A stretch of 64,000 nucleotides of DNA from Lysobacterales bacterium (GCA_022844165.1 JALHMH010000001.1:64001-128000), one strand, 5' to 3'. Shown: positions 48,847 through 59,804, counted from the first letter of the stretch. Notes: generated by a model from the letters alone, not told the origin. Numbers and translations are program-made.

Positions 48847-48937
48847 AGATGCTTTTGGTCATCGGTCGACACCGCGAAACGCATGTGCAACGGATTGGCC
48901 TAAAAAGTCGCGAATCACAGCTGGATTCTTGCCCAAA

Positions 48938-50655
48938 ATGAAACCCCTAGACGCACTCCATCGAGCTGCCGACCTCGGAGATCTCGAAACTGTCGTCGCG
49001 CTAGCGCACGGTGAAGCACTAAATCGCTTCGACGCTGCCGGCCTGACGCCGCTGATGATCGCGGCGAGTAGTGCGCAATCGGGTCCGGAGATCTTGCAGG
49101 CGCTGATCGATGCGGGTGCCAAGGTGAACATCGGCGCGCAGCGCGAATACGACCGCGGCCGCACGCCGCTGTCGTTTGCGTTGGCGGCTTGCGATGTTCG
49201 CAAGGCGCGATTGCTGCTGGATGCGGGTGCGGACATTCATGTCTCGCGCAATGGCGGCTCGGTGCTGATTGACGCTGCGTATGGCGCAACGTGGCGAACG
49301 CAGGAGGAGCTGCTGCCGTTACTGGCCTTGCTCATCGAGCGGGGCGCGAAGCTGGATGTGGTCACTCAATATGGCGAATCCGCCTTGTCGGTCCTGTCGA
49401 ACATCGGCCACTTCGAAGGCGTGCGTTGTTTGCTGGCGGCCGGCGCGCGTCCGACGCCGCTGAAATGGTCGGCGCTGCATCGGGCCATCGCGCTGGGCAC
49501 ATTGGCGGACGTCAACGCGGCCCTGGACGCAGGCGAAGATGCGGAAGGACGGGACGGCAGCGCACGCCGTTGCTGCTGGCAATTCAAACAGGCGATCAGC
49601 ACAAGGTTGAGCTGTTGCTGCTGCATGGTGTGGCGCGCAACGCCCGTGGACGTTGTGGCAAGCCGGCGGTGTTCTATGCCATCGAAATGCAAAACGTCGC
49701 GATGTTGTCTTGGCTGGTCGAGCAAGGCTTCTCATTGCTGGACTCGGATAAACACGGCAAATCGGCGTTGGCTCGCGCGTGCGAGAGCGGCTGCTTCGAA
49801 GCGGTGCGAGCGCTGCTCGATGCCGGGCACGATCCCGATCAACATCAGGACCATCTCAACGCACTGTACCGCTGTCGTGAGGTGACGACGGCACGGGCGT
49901 TGCTCGACGCTGGCGCGGACCCGAACATCCTGCAGTTCGAGATTCGGCGTGCGCTGGTGGGTCTGCCCGCCGAACCCTGTTTCCGCCAGCTCAATGTGAC
50001 GTCCGAGGCGTTCTGGCACGGCGCGCAACGGCGCTTCGGTGTGAGCAATCCTGAGCGCATGGACGATCCATTCTGGATGGCCATGGTGCGATCCGGGATC
50101 AGTGCCTGGCTGGCGCGAACGCAGTTCAGCGACAAACCGTCGTCCATTGAGCATCCGGTGTGGTGCGCGGAGCGATTCGGTCAGTCCATCAGTTTTCTGC
50201 CCGACGGGCGAATCATCCAGGTCGCGGGCGAACACGAGGATGGCTATGACCCGGACTTCTGCATCTACAACGATGTGTTTGTGCACTACCCGGATGGTCG
50301 CATCGAGATCTATGGCTATCCAGATGCGGTTTTTCCGCCGACCGATTTCCACACGGCCACGCTCGTGGGCGACACGATCTACCTTATCGGCTCGCTCGGC
50401 TACAGGCACCATCGCGTTCCCGGCGTAACGCAGGTTTTCGCACTCGACACGCGCACGCTGCGCATCACCCGATTGGAAACCAGCGGCGACTCTCCAGGAT
50501 CGATCTACAGGCACCGCGCAGTGCGGACGCCGACCGGGCGCATCCGCGTATTCGGTGGTCGCATCGAGCATGGCGATGATGTGCAAAGCGACAACGACGC
50601 AATGTTCGAGCTGGATCTGGCCCGATGGGTTTGGATTCGCCTCAGGGACGAGTGA
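48938..50655 (+). pseudogene. Ankyrin-repeat protein with kelch-like C-terminus, frameshifted near 49555
   Basis: Ankyrin repeats (GLTPLMIAA, GRTPL..A) run to EGRD in one frame and resume as QRTPLLLA in another. C-terminus has GEHEDGYDPDF.IYND and DFHTATLV. Confidence 0.75.
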
Positions 50656-50688
50656 GGGACCGCGAGGCCGTAGCGGGCGTTCGCCGGC

Positions 50689-51258
50689 TCAAGGCGTCAT
50701 TCGCGCCAACAAGCGTTCGAACTCGCCCATCGCGTGCGAATCGTCTTTGGCGGCCAGTAACGGCGCGACAGCGGTGCGGACGGCGTTGAGGTCGAGGCCG
50801 TCCGGGCCGTATCGACGCAAGACCATCTCGACATCGCGCCAGTCGATCGGGCGACCGGCGAAGATCTTCATCGTCAGCAAATCTTCGGCCGAACAGGTTC
50901 GCAACAAAACGCCTGGCGCGAATTCGAACGACGATGAACGGGCGATCATGTCCGCCTCGAAGGGCAACGCGGTGAGCGTGGCGTCGATACCGACACCAGC
51001 TGCCGTGCTGAGCAGCAGCACGCGATAGCGCTCGGCGAAAGCGCGCGCGTCGCCGCGCCGCGCCGGAAAGGCCGCGAGCAAGACGTCGATAACATGCGCT
51101 TCGTTGCCCAGACCGGTGAGCACGGCGACATCGACATCGCGCGTGACGCGAGGTTCGGCATGGCGTTGTGCGGCAAAGCCACCGATGAAGCAAAAACCGA
51201 TGCCGGCTTCTTCCAGCACTCGCTGCACCGCTATCGCCGCATCGATCAGGACGTTCAT
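50689..51258 (-). CDS. Nucleotidyltransferase (AbiEii/DUF6036-like)
   Basis: IGGFAA...PRVTRDVD, AEDLLTMK..AGRPID..D. Confidence 0.8.
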   Translation of the reverse strand: MNVLIDAAIAVQRVLEEAGIGFCFIGGFAAQRHAEPRVTRDVDVAVLTGLGNEAHVIDVLLAAFPARRGDARAFAERYRVLLLSTAAGVGIDATLTALPFEADMIARSSSFEFAPGVLLRTCSAEDLLTMKIFAGRPIDWRDVEMVLRRYGPDGLDLNAVRTAVAPLLAAKDDSHAMGEFERLLARMTP

Positions 51259-51575
51259 CGCAGCTTGGCGAAAATGCGCTGCATTTCAACCAGGCCCGAG
51301 CTGTCCGACAGCGGCTTTAAGAACACGGCGGAGTCGATCATGCTGGACAGTTGCGCCATCGCCACCGGCAGCGGCGTGGAGCGCAGTTCCTCATCGCGTA
51401 TCGCTTCGAGGATCGGCGAGACCTCGCGCCAGGCGGTAACAAAGGTTTCGAGTTCTTTGGTCATTGGCTTAGCGATCCGTAACGCGGCGGCATACTCGTG
51501 TTTGATCGGACTTTGTTCCTCAAACGCCAGGTACTCGGCAACCGACATCGAAGGCTGAACTTCGGGCATCGGCAA
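51255..51575 (-). CDS. Small partner of the nucleotidyltransferase, in frame with a Uma2-like N-terminal remnant
   Basis: ATGA overlap with the NTase. MSVAEYLAFEEQSPIKHEY resembles a Uma2/DUF820 N-terminus. Alternative start at 51464. Confidence 0.55.
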   Translation of the reverse strand: MPMPEVQPSMSVAEYLAFEEQSPIKHEYAAALRIAKPMTKELETFVTAWREVSPILEAIRDEELRSTPLPVAMAQLSSMIDSAVFLKPLSDSSGLVEMQRIFAKLR

Positions 51576-51626
51576 ACCCTCTCTCGGACTGCGCCCGGAT
51601 GATAGCCAATACCCACGCGAGCGATC

Positions 51627-52025
51627 TCAAGCAAGCGCGCGAAGATCGACAGCATCCGCTGGAAACGACTTCAGCAGTTTCGCGTCTGCCGTAACCAATT
51701 TGACGCGTAGGCGCTTGGCGAGCGCGACGAACTCGCAATCGTAGGCGGAGTGTCCGCTTTGCGATGCAAGGTTCAGGACCTCAAAAGAATCTACGTCGTA
51801 CTCACGGTCCGCCAGTTGTTCTTCTGCTTCGCGCTGAATCTGAAACGCTTGTTCGAACGACAGCAAGTTCGTGCGTATGTGGAGCGCGTGGATGTTGCGG
51901 AACTCGCTGCGCCATAGATGCGGGACGATCCAATCCGAATCAGTGCTCAACAGTCTCTCGGCGCGTTCGGTGAAGTCGCCCGGAAGAAATAGACAGGCGA
52001 TGACGTTGGTATCGACGACGATCAT
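51627..52025 (-). CDS. vapC: PIN-domain toxin
   Basis: MIVVDTNV, SEF.N, SAYDCEFVALA, LVTAD. Confidence 0.93.
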   Translation of the reverse strand: MIVVDTNVIACLFLPGDFTERAERLLSTDSDWIVPHLWRSEFRNIHALHIRTNLLSFEQAFQIQREAEEQLADREYDVDSFEVLNLASQSGHSAYDCEFVALAKRLRVKLVTADAKLLKSFPADAVDLRALA

Positions 52026-52267
52026 CGTCTGCCTTGGCGTTTAAACTTGTCGATGCGTTCCGCCGCGTACAGTTCCACCGGCAACGACTCTCGGAGCGCG
52101 CGCGCGCGCGCAATCCGGTCGGCCGCCGTCGGCTTTCGTGGCAACAACGCCGCTTCGAGCAAAGCGATTGCCTCACTATTCAAACTGCGGCGCTGTAATT
52201 CGGCCGTGGCCTTCAGGCGCTCGTACACATCGTCCGGTATGCCTTTCAGCGTCAACGTTGTGGGCAT
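52022..52267 (-). CDS. Ribbon-helix-helix antitoxin (FitA/Arc-like)
   Basis: TLTLKGIPDDVYERLK..AE..RRSLNSE. Overlaps the toxin start. Confidence 0.9.
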   Translation of the reverse strand: MPTTLTLKGIPDDVYERLKATAELQRRSLNSEAIALLEAALLPRKPTAADRIARARALRESLPVELYAAERIDKFKRQGRR

Positions 52268-52647
52268 GAATGACCTCGTTCATAATGGAACCATTATGGT
52301 TGCCTTGGTTTTAGGGATCAATCGGAGGTTGCGTATTCCACGCATGCCGGTCACCAAGCCATGCCGGTTGGGTGCAAAAGGTGTTTCACTGCCCTTTGAA
52401 TTACATCGTCGCGGCAATGTTCTTTTAGCTGTTTTGATCTCCTTTGTCTGGAACGTTTGAACGCCGTTCGCGCACAGCAAAATCGCGTAAGCATCGGCGG
52501 ACGGCTGTCCATGACCACAGTCTCGATTCCCGGTTTGCCTGTCGTTCCGTACGCCTGTGCCGCCATTTCTTCGACGTATGGTGGCATCTGGCAAACAGCG
52601 CGTACTTCAGCGAATACTTGATGCAACGATTGCTGAAGGAGATGGCT

Positions 52648-52953
52648 GTGCCCGGATTCATCGTGTTCATGTACAACGACGTCGTCACTCGAGAGTTGGC
52701 AAATGACGATCAAAGGTGGGGCGACTATCTCGCCCGGCTGAAGGCAACAGGACGCTTCGGCGGAGGTAGCTCAATCGGTCAAGGCTGGAAGTTCAAGAAG
52801 GGCTCGCGGCCATCGCCGTCCGAACTCGGCATTGATGGATTTATGCGTGTCGAAGCTAAGGACGAGGAAGAGGCGAGGGAGGTTCTACAAGGCAATCCGA
52901 ATGACGAAGCTGGCGGAACCGTTGAGATCCGAGTACTTTTAGAAGACGCATAG
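52648..52953 (+). CDS. YciI/YCII-related protein
   Basis: AAGGAG RBS, WGDYL..L, GFMRVEAKD.EEA...NP...GGTVEIR. Confidence 0.7.
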   Translation: MPGFIVFMYNDVVTRELANDDQRWGDYLARLKATGRFGGGSSIGQGWKFKKGSRPSPSELGIDGFMRVEAKDEEEAREVLQGNPNDEAGGTVEIRVLLEDA

Positions 52954-53080
52954 CCCATTCTCGACTGGCCTCACGGGCGCAAAATGTGTGCATCACAACC
53001 TTTGATCCGTTTTGCGACCCTGGGCACCCAGATCGCCAGGTAGGCGAGATACCCTCAGGCAACCCGAAGCCTATCTGACA

Positions 53081-53644
53081 ATGACACCGACGTTTTTCGA
53101 AACTGCCGCAGATTTTCGTGTCTGGCTTGAGGCGAATCACGGCACCGCCGTCGAACTGATCGTAGGCTTCCGCAAAATCGGAACCGGACAACCCAGCATG
53201 ACATGGCCCGCGTCCGTCGACGAAGCTCTGTGCTTCGGCTGGATTGATGGCGTGCGCAAGCGGATTGACGACAGTTCGTACCAGGTTCGTTTCACCCCCC
53301 GAAAGAAGGGCTCGATCTGGAGCGTTGTCAACGTTCGGAAGGTTGAGGCCCTGCTCGCGAACGGTCGCATGTGTCCGTCCGGGATTGCGGCTTACGAAGC
53401 GAGAACAGAGCGCAAAACGGGGGTTTATGCGTTTGAAAGGCAGGCACCTGCCGAGCTGGAAGACTCAGAGTTGCGAGTCTTCACGCAAAACACTGGCGCT
53501 TGGAAATACTTCGAATCCTGCCCACCGAGCTACCGGAGAGTCATGCTTCATTGGGTGGTCAGTGCCCGACTGACCCAAACCCGAGCGCGCCGTTTGTCCC
53601 AGCTCATCGAGGCGTGTGCAGAGCAAAGACGCATTCTCAAGTAG
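53081..53644 (+). CDS. YdeI/OmpD-associated family protein
   Basis: FRVWLEANH, EALCFGWIDG, RFTPRK..S.WS..N. Confidence 0.9.
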   Translation: MTPTFFETAADFRVWLEANHGTAVELIVGFRKIGTGQPSMTWPASVDEALCFGWIDGVRKRIDDSSYQVRFTPRKKGSIWSVVNVRKVEALLANGRMCPSGIAAYEARTERKTGVYAFERQAPAELEDSELRVFTQNTGAWKYFESCPPSYRRVMLHWVVSARLTQTRARRLSQLIEACAEQRRILK

Positions 53645-53840
53645 CACGTTGAGGGCATGCGCTGACGGCTTTCGAATTGCGCCCCTGAGCGCTTGTATCA
53701 GCGCGGCTTGGATCATCGTCCGTACTCCGACAGATGGGCGCAACTTGCAGAGCGACCGGCAGGTCCTGGCCTCGCTTGCGAGGCGATACGCATCGCATTC
53801 ATGCAGAATGCAGAGCCTACCTGCGCCAGGCCGCCGAACG

Positions 53841-54239
53841 ATGACATTACCGATCACTGCACTCTACTCCGGCCTATGCGGCATCCTTGTACTGGTGCTT
53901 GCGTATCGTGTCGTGGCGATGCGGCGGCGATTGCGCGTTGGCATTGGCGATGGCAACAACAGCGACTTGGCACGCCGAATTCGCATTCATGCCAATGCCA
54001 TCGAACACATCCCACTGGTGTTGATATTGCTTGCCTTGGCGGAGGGTCTGGCGGTCCCTGCACTCGTGCTGCACGTGTGTGGCGGCATTCTTGTGCTGGC
54101 GCGTGTGATGCACGCAGTCGGCATGACGCACTCGGCTGGCCATAGCCCGGGCCGATTCTGGGGCGTTTTGTTCACCTGGCTTGTGCTGGTGACTCTGGCA
54201 CTGTCGAATATCGTCTTTGCGTTGTTGCGAGGTCTGTGA
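53841..54239 (+). CDS. MAPEG family membrane protein
   Basis: GIGDG, RIHANAIEHIP, ARVMHA.G. Confidence 0.9.
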   Translation: MTLPITALYSGLCGILVLVLAYRVVAMRRRLRVGIGDGNNSDLARRIRIHANAIEHIPLVLILLALAEGLAVPALVLHVCGGILVLARVMHAVGMTHSAGHSPGRFWGVLFTWLVLVTLALSNIVFALLRGL

Positions 54240-54685
54240 TGCGAACTGCCATTTCGTTGTGCTTGTTGCTGCTCTTGACGGCATGTTCTGGCGCGCCGAA
54301 GCGGGTCATCGGGCCGCCTCTGATCAGCGTGCAGGAGGTCGAACAACGCGGCGATCGATTTGTGGCGCGCGTACGAATCGACAGCCCTTCGAGCGACCCG
54401 ATCACGGTGACGCAGTTCGATTTTGAGTTCAGGCCCGGCGGCAGCGCGGGCGTGCGCGGCAGCCAGTCCTTGAATCTGACCCTGCCACCCGTCGCGGGCG
54501 ATGTCGTCGTCATTGATCTGGCTGCTGTTAACGAACTGCCCGACTTAGCCGCACTTTCGGGGGGAGACTCCATGCGCTACGTGTTAGAAGGCGAACTTAC
54601 GGTCGACCGGTTGCGCCGTAAGTTCCCGGTGAAATACCAAGGCCGACTTCGCCCAACACCGGGCAAACCTGGTTCTTATCGCTGA
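54236..54685 (+). CDS. Lipoprotein, LEA-2-like
   Basis: Lipobox LTAC, beta-rich, YVLEG. Confidence 0.65.
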   Translation: MMRTAISLCLLLLLTACSGAPKRVIGPPLISVQEVEQRGDRFVARVRIDSPSSDPITVTQFDFEFRPGGSAGVRGSQSLNLTLPPVAGDVVVIDLAAVNELPDLAALSGGDSMRYVLEGELTVDRLRRKFPVKYQGRLRPTPGKPGSYR

Positions 54686-54715
54686 TCGTCAACGCCTGAC
54701 TTTGAGGAATCCCAA

Positions 54716-56509
54716 ATGAAATACACTGCTCCATTAGCCGATATGCGCTTTGCGCTTTACGATGTGCTGAATGCGCCTGCCGTCTGGAACAGCCTTCCTG
54801 GCGGCGAAGATCACACGCGGGATCTGGTCGATGCGGTGTTGGATGAGGGCGCAAAATTTTGCGAACAGGTGCTGATCGAAACGAATCAAATCGGCGACGA
54901 AGAAGGCTGCCATTTCGACAAGGACAGCAAAGCCGTTACCACACCCCAGGCATTTAGGGATGCGTACAACCGATTCGTCGAAGGTGGCTGGACGGGTCTT
55001 TGTGGCGATCCAAAGTATGGCGGGCAAGGCATGCCCGAAAGCGTCGGCTATGTTTTTAAGGAAATGATCGAGTCGTGCAATGTCGCGTGGGGTACCTATC
55101 CCTTGTTGTCGGCTGGCGCCGTTGATGCGCTGGTGCACCATGGCGAAGAGTGGCAACGCGAGATTTTCATTCCGCGCATCTTGTCGGGCGAATGGACCGG
55201 AACCATGTGTCTGACCGAACCGCATTGCGGCTCCGATCTGGGATTGCTGCGCACGCGTGCCGAACCGCTGGGCGCCGATGCGTATGCGATCAGTGGCACC
55301 AAGATCTTTATCACCGCTGGCGAGCACGATATGAGCCAGAACATCGTGCATCTGGTTTTGGCGCGGCTTCCCGACGCGCCCGCGGGCACCAAGGGCATCA
55401 GCATGTTCATCGTGCCCAAGTTCAAGGTCGAACGCGACGGCTCCGTGGGCGAACGTAACAGCGTTGCCGCAGGCAATATCGAGCATAAGATGGGACTCAA
55501 AGGCTCGGCGACCTGCGTGATGAATTTCGACGGCGCCGTGGGTTACCTGATTGGCCAGCCCAATCGCGGCTTGAACGCGATGTTTACCATGATGAATACC
55601 GCGCGGCTGGGTGTTGGTGTGCAAGGGCTGGGACTGATCGAAGTGTCGCATCAGAATGCGCTGGCGTATGCCAAAGACCGCTTGCAGATGCGCTCCCTGT
55701 CGGGCGCTAAACGGCCCGACAAGCCGGCCGATCCGATCATCGTGCACCCCGATGTGCGGCGTATGTTGATGACTCAGAAAGCCATCGCCGAGGCCGGTCG
55801 GGCGCTGTGTTTCTATTCGGCGCTACAGGTCGATCTGGTTGCCAGGGCCGAAGATGCGCAAGCGCGTAAACGCGCCGACGATGTGCTGTCGTTCTTGACC
55901 CCGATCAGTAAAGCCATGCTGACCGAGCTGGCCATCGAGTGCACAAGTCACGGCATCCAGGTGCTTGGCGGACATGGTTATGTGCGCGAGTGGGGGCTCG
56001 AGCAATTGATGCGCGATGCGCGCATCACCACCATCTACGAAGGCACAACGCAAATCCAGGCGCTGGATTTGCTCGGCCGAAAAATCATGGGGCAACAGGC
56101 GGCGGGTCTGCGCCACTTCCTGGCCGATGTCTCAGCGTTCTGTGCAACTCACCATGACCACCCGCAAGCGGGCACCTATGTGCGCCGTGTCGGCGAATTG
56201 GCCAGCGAGTGGGAGGCACTGACCCAGGAAATCGGCAAGCGGGCAGCACAAAACGCGGACGAAATCGGCGCCGCAGCTGTCGACTACTTGTACTACTCAG
56301 GCTACGTGACATTTGCATACTTCATGGCGCTCGAGGCCGAAGCCGTCGCACGGCCGAGCTTTGCGGGCACGGCGGAATTCCGCGATGCAAAATTGGCGAC
56401 GGTGCGTTTTTACTTCGAACGCATTCTGCCGCGGACCTTGTTGCACGCAGCCGGTGTTCGTGCCAGCGCGGAATCGCTCACCAGCGGCGTTGAAGCTGCG
56501 CTGGCCTGA
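54716..56509 (+). CDS. Acyl-CoA dehydrogenase
   Basis: GTMCLTEPHCGSD, GTKIFIT, EHKMG, QVLGGHGY, IYEGT..IQA. Confidence 0.95.
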   Translation: MKYTAPLADMRFALYDVLNAPAVWNSLPGGEDHTRDLVDAVLDEGAKFCEQVLIETNQIGDEEGCHFDKDSKAVTTPQAFRDAYNRFVEGGWTGLCGDPKYGGQGMPESVGYVFKEMIESCNVAWGTYPLLSAGAVDALVHHGEEWQREIFIPRILSGEWTGTMCLTEPHCGSDLGLLRTRAEPLGADAYAISGTKIFITAGEHDMSQNIVHLVLARLPDAPAGTKGISMFIVPKFKVERDGSVGERNSVAAGNIEHKMGLKGSATCVMNFDGAVGYLIGQPNRGLNAMFTMMNTARLGVGVQGLGLIEVSHQNALAYAKDRLQMRSLSGAKRPDKPADPIIVHPDVRRMLMTQKAIAEAGRALCFYSALQVDLVARAEDAQARKRADDVLSFLTPISKAMLTELAIECTSHGIQVLGGHGYVREWGLEQLMRDARITTIYEGTTQIQALDLLGRKIMGQQAAGLRHFLADVSAFCATHHDHPQAGTYVRRVGELASEWEALTQEIGKRAAQNADEIGAAAVDYLYYSGYVTFAYFMALEAEAVARPSFAGTAEFRDAKLATVRFYFERILPRTLLHAAGVRASAESLTSGVEAALA

Positions 56510-57458
56510 ACTTGTGCCATTCGCACTGCTCTGCAGACCAGGATTCGAATCCGATCTGATCGCCGAGCTGGGCGCAGCGTCCAGCCCGCAACCCGGGCTG
56601 GTGTTGTGCGAACACTTGCCGCCGTTTCGCGATCTTGTCTTCGCACGCGATGCAATGGAAATCTCGCGCGAGTTGCCGTCGTTGGATGCCCGGGATCGCG
56701 TCACGCCGATTCGTGGCGCACTCGCAGCACTGGCGCCACTCGCATCGGTCGTCGTACTGCATCCTGATGCCGACAGCACGCGACCGCTGGCGCCGTTGGC
56801 AAAGGCCTTGCAGACGCGTCTGCAAGACTTGCAACAACCCGCCGGTGCACGCGGCGTGGTTTGGCTCACAGCGAGCACCTCGGCACTGGTTGGAATTGCG
56901 CGCGGTGGCGTTTTCCCTGGCGGCATACCGCGCTTGAAGTTTCCGCCCGCAGCGCCGTCGCGTTCGACGCTCAAACTCGACGAAGCTATCCACGTGTTGC
57001 TCTCAGTTCAAGACCGCGAACGGCTGTTCAGACCGGGCATGACCGCCGTCGACCTGGGTGCGGCCCCGGGCGGATGGACTTTTCAGTTGGTACAACGTGG
57101 GCTAAACGTGGTCGCTGTCGACAACGGGCGAATCGATGCGCGCCTGTTAGCGAGCGGAAAAGTGGAGCACCGGCGCGAGGATGGTTTTCGCTTTCGAGCG
57201 AAGAAGCCCGTGGATTGGCTGGTGTGCGATATGGTCGAACAACCCTCGCGTGTCGTCGCGCTGATGGTCGAGTGGCTGAGCCAGGGACGCTGTCGGGGCG
57301 CGATTTTTAACCTGAAACTGCCAATGAAGAAGCGTCACGCTGCCTGGATCGAGGCGCGCAAAGAACTGCTGACGCTCAGCAAACGCGGCATGCGGATAAC
57401 GGCGAAGCAGTTGTATCACGATCGCGAAGAAATTACGGTCGCCGTACTGCCGCGATAA
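56490..57458 (+). CDS. rlmM: 23S rRNA C2498 2'-O-methyltransferase
   Basis: CRPGFE, APSRSTLKL.EA, VDLGAAPGGWT, CDMVEQP, FNLKLPMK, QLYHDREE. Exact start uncertain. Confidence 0.93.
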   Translation: MKLRWPELVPFALLCRPGFESDLIAELGAASSPQPGLVLCEHLPPFRDLVFARDAMEISRELPSLDARDRVTPIRGALAALAPLASVVVLHPDADSTRPLAPLAKALQTRLQDLQQPAGARGVVWLTASTSALVGIARGGVFPGGIPRLKFPPAAPSRSTLKLDEAIHVLLSVQDRERLFRPGMTAVDLGAAPGGWTFQLVQRGLNVVAVDNGRIDARLLASGKVEHRREDGFRFRAKKPVDWLVCDMVEQPSRVVALMVEWLSQGRCRGAIFNLKLPMKKRHAAWIEARKELLTLSKRGMRITAKQLYHDREEITVAVLPR

Positions 57459-57539
57459 GCTTGAAGAGCTGGATACTTAAGAAGCTGGACCGATGCCACC
57501 AATGTCGTTTGGTTCGGCCGTGCCCTGAGGGCTTCCGCA

Positions 57540-59804
57540 TCAAAACCGCCAGCGTAAATCCGCGCCGAACTGTCGGGCCTCGCCACGATTGTCTTGAAGA
57601 AGCCCGAGGAAGTTGATCAAGTCGAAGCGAATGTGGCTGTAAGACTCGTCTGTCAGATTCTTAACCCACACCGCCGCGGTCCATGGTCCATGTTCGTAAG
57701 CCACTCTGGCATTCAATAGACCAAAGCCTTCCTGGCTGGCGAAATCGTTCTGATTTTGGTCGGAATAGAACTTGGACTGGTAATTGCCATTCAATTGCAG
57801 CAGCCACTCGCCTGGGCCCGATGGAACACGATAGTCGACGTGCGCATTGGCATTCCATTCGGACGTCAACGGCAGACGATTGCCGCGCACGGTTCTGCCT
57901 TGCGCGTCGACGAAGGCATCCAGCGCCGCTTTCGGCAACCAGCCGATGCCGAATCGCAGATCGAGCGTGCTGGCGGCCTGCCACAGCACTTCGATTTCCG
58001 CCCCATGGATTCGCGATTGACCCACATTGTCGAGCAATTGCAGCGGCGGTGCGCCTGGGCGTACGGACGGCGTATTCATGAAGACTTGCTGGTCCTGATA
58101 GTCATAAACGAAAGCCGCGGCTTGCACGCGAGCCCGGCGGTCATGGGTGTACCACAATCCGCCGACTTCAAAAGCGTTGAGCGTTTCGCTGCCATACTCG
58201 TTGCGCTCGGCTTCTTCGGCCGAAAACGCGATAGCGCCGTTGTAGCCGCCACTCTTGAATCCCCGCGACAAGCTGGCCCAGGCACGGGTGCGATCGGAAA
58301 CGGCGTGGTGCAGGGCGAATTTTCCGGACACATTGTGATCGCCGACTTCGCCATTGAAGTCCCATGCCGGGATGGTGGTGCCAATCTGGTCGTTCACTGC
58401 CGTTGCGATGTTCACCCGCCCGAGCGCCCGCCAGTCGACGCTCTCCCGCGTGTAACGCAGCCCGGCGCTGACTGTTGTGCGCTCGTCGAGCGCAACATCG
58501 AGATTCGCAAAACCGGCCTGCGAACGCGTGTCGATTCGATTGTCGTAATCGAACCGTGCGGCGCTACCGAACAGCGCGGGGTCCGCACGGAAGTCGCGAA
58601 AAAGATCGATAAAGAAATCCTGCGTCAGCGGCTCTGCCAGGTAATACGCGCCCACGATCCAGTATGCCGGCCCGCTTTCGTGGTGATATCGGAGCTCTTG
58701 CGTCCACAGATCGCCCGCCACCTGCAACGAACCCTCGACGCGCCGAGCCGGGCTGGCGTCGGCGTTGTAGTGGTGCAGTCGCTCCAGCGCGTTGAAGCCA
58801 GTGACCGAAACCAGATAGCTACGATCGCTGAGCGGCCAGGTCAAACTCAGATTCGCGCCGCCACTTTCGCGGCGGTGTGGAAACCCGGCGAAGTCATTGC
58901 TGTTGGCGGACACGTCCTGAAAATGATTGGTGCCGACATTGAAGCCGAACAGATCCGTGCACGCTGTGGTGCCTGCCTGAGCTGGGGTACACAATTGCGG
59001 TGGCGCTCCGTCGACGCCGAGCGTCCGGATAACACCGATGTGGCGTACGGGTTTGGAAACGCCCTCCCATTGTTCGCCATGCGCCTTGAAATAAACCTCT
59101 ACCTCGTCGCGTTCCAGCAGCAACGACAAACGCGCTTCGGTTTGCCGCATGCCGGGTTCCGGCGCGAGCGGAAACAGGTTGTTGACGGTGTAGTCGTAGC
59201 GCCGCTGATCGAAGGCGGCACGCAACGCAAGGCCCTCAGACAAGGGCAAATTCAGAGCGCCACCAAGCCGATACGCATGATCGCTGCCAAGGCCCGCATC
59301 GACATAGCCCTCGCGATCCATCGCTGGGCGACGCGTCGTCACTAAAATGGCGCCCGCGGTCGTGTTTCGCCCAAACAGAGTACCTTGCGGACCACGCAAG
59401 ACTTCGACGGATTCGACATCATACAAATTGACCAGATGACGATTCCCGGTTCCGCCACCGACGCCGTCGACATAGATACCAACCGGCGAGGTCGTAGAGG
59501 TGTTGTAGTCCAGATTGCCGACGCCGCGAATGGTGATCGCCGGCGCCGTTCCTTCGGCCGTATTCTGAGTGACCTTGACATTCGCCGCCTGACCGCCCAA
59601 CTGCGATGTGTCTTTGATGCCTTGATCGTCCAGGGCCAGACCGTCGATCCATTGCATCGACAACGGCACCTCATCGAGCGACTGCGTACGCTTCTGCGCA
59701 CGAACTTCCACCGCGTCCAACGCCACGCTGGCGTCCGCGGAAGTGGCTTGCGGCGCCCATACCACGATGGCAGCTGCGCAAAACGGTGCCCGATAGGAAG
59801 TCAT
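57540..59804 (-). CDS. TonB-dependent receptor
   Basis: Plug motif VEVLRGPQGTLFGRNTTAGAI, GFKSGGYN, KNLTD, C-terminal WRF. Confidence 0.95.
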   Translation of the reverse strand: MTSYRAPFCAAAIVVWAPQATSADASVALDAVEVRAQKRTQSLDEVPLSMQWIDGLALDDQGIKDTSQLGGQAANVKVTQNTAEGTAPAITIRGVGNLDYNTSTTSPVGIYVDGVGGGTGNRHLVNLYDVESVEVLRGPQGTLFGRNTTAGAILVTTRRPAMDREGYVDAGLGSDHAYRLGGALNLPLSEGLALRAAFDQRRYDYTVNNLFPLAPEPGMRQTEARLSLLLERDEVEVYFKAHGEQWEGVSKPVRHIGVIRTLGVDGAPPQLCTPAQAGTTACTDLFGFNVGTNHFQDVSANSNDFAGFPHRRESGGANLSLTWPLSDRSYLVSVTGFNALERLHHYNADASPARRVEGSLQVAGDLWTQELRYHHESGPAYWIVGAYYLAEPLTQDFFIDLFRDFRADPALFGSAARFDYDNRIDTRSQAGFANLDVALDERTTVSAGLRYTRESVDWRALGRVNIATAVNDQIGTTIPAWDFNGEVGDHNVSGKFALHHAVSDRTRAWASLSRGFKSGGYNGAIAFSAEEAERNEYGSETLNAFEVGGLWYTHDRRARVQAAAFVYDYQDQQVFMNTPSVRPGAPPLQLLDNVGQSRIHGAEIEVLWQAASTLDLRFGIGWLPKAALDAFVDAQGRTVRGNRLPLTSEWNANAHVDYRVPSGPGEWLLQLNGNYQSKFYSDQNQNDFASQEGFGLLNARVAYEHGPWTAAVWVKNLTDESYSHIRFDLINFLGLLQDNRGEARQFGADLRWRF

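Noticed and set aside
52280-52640. Short ORFs between the antitoxin and the YciI-like gene
   Set aside because: No recognisable motifs or RBS. Possibly a gene remnant, but unsupported.
57460-57490. Short AGCTGGA direct repeat between rlmM and the TonB receptor
   Set aside because: Only two 7-nt copies, which could be chance.
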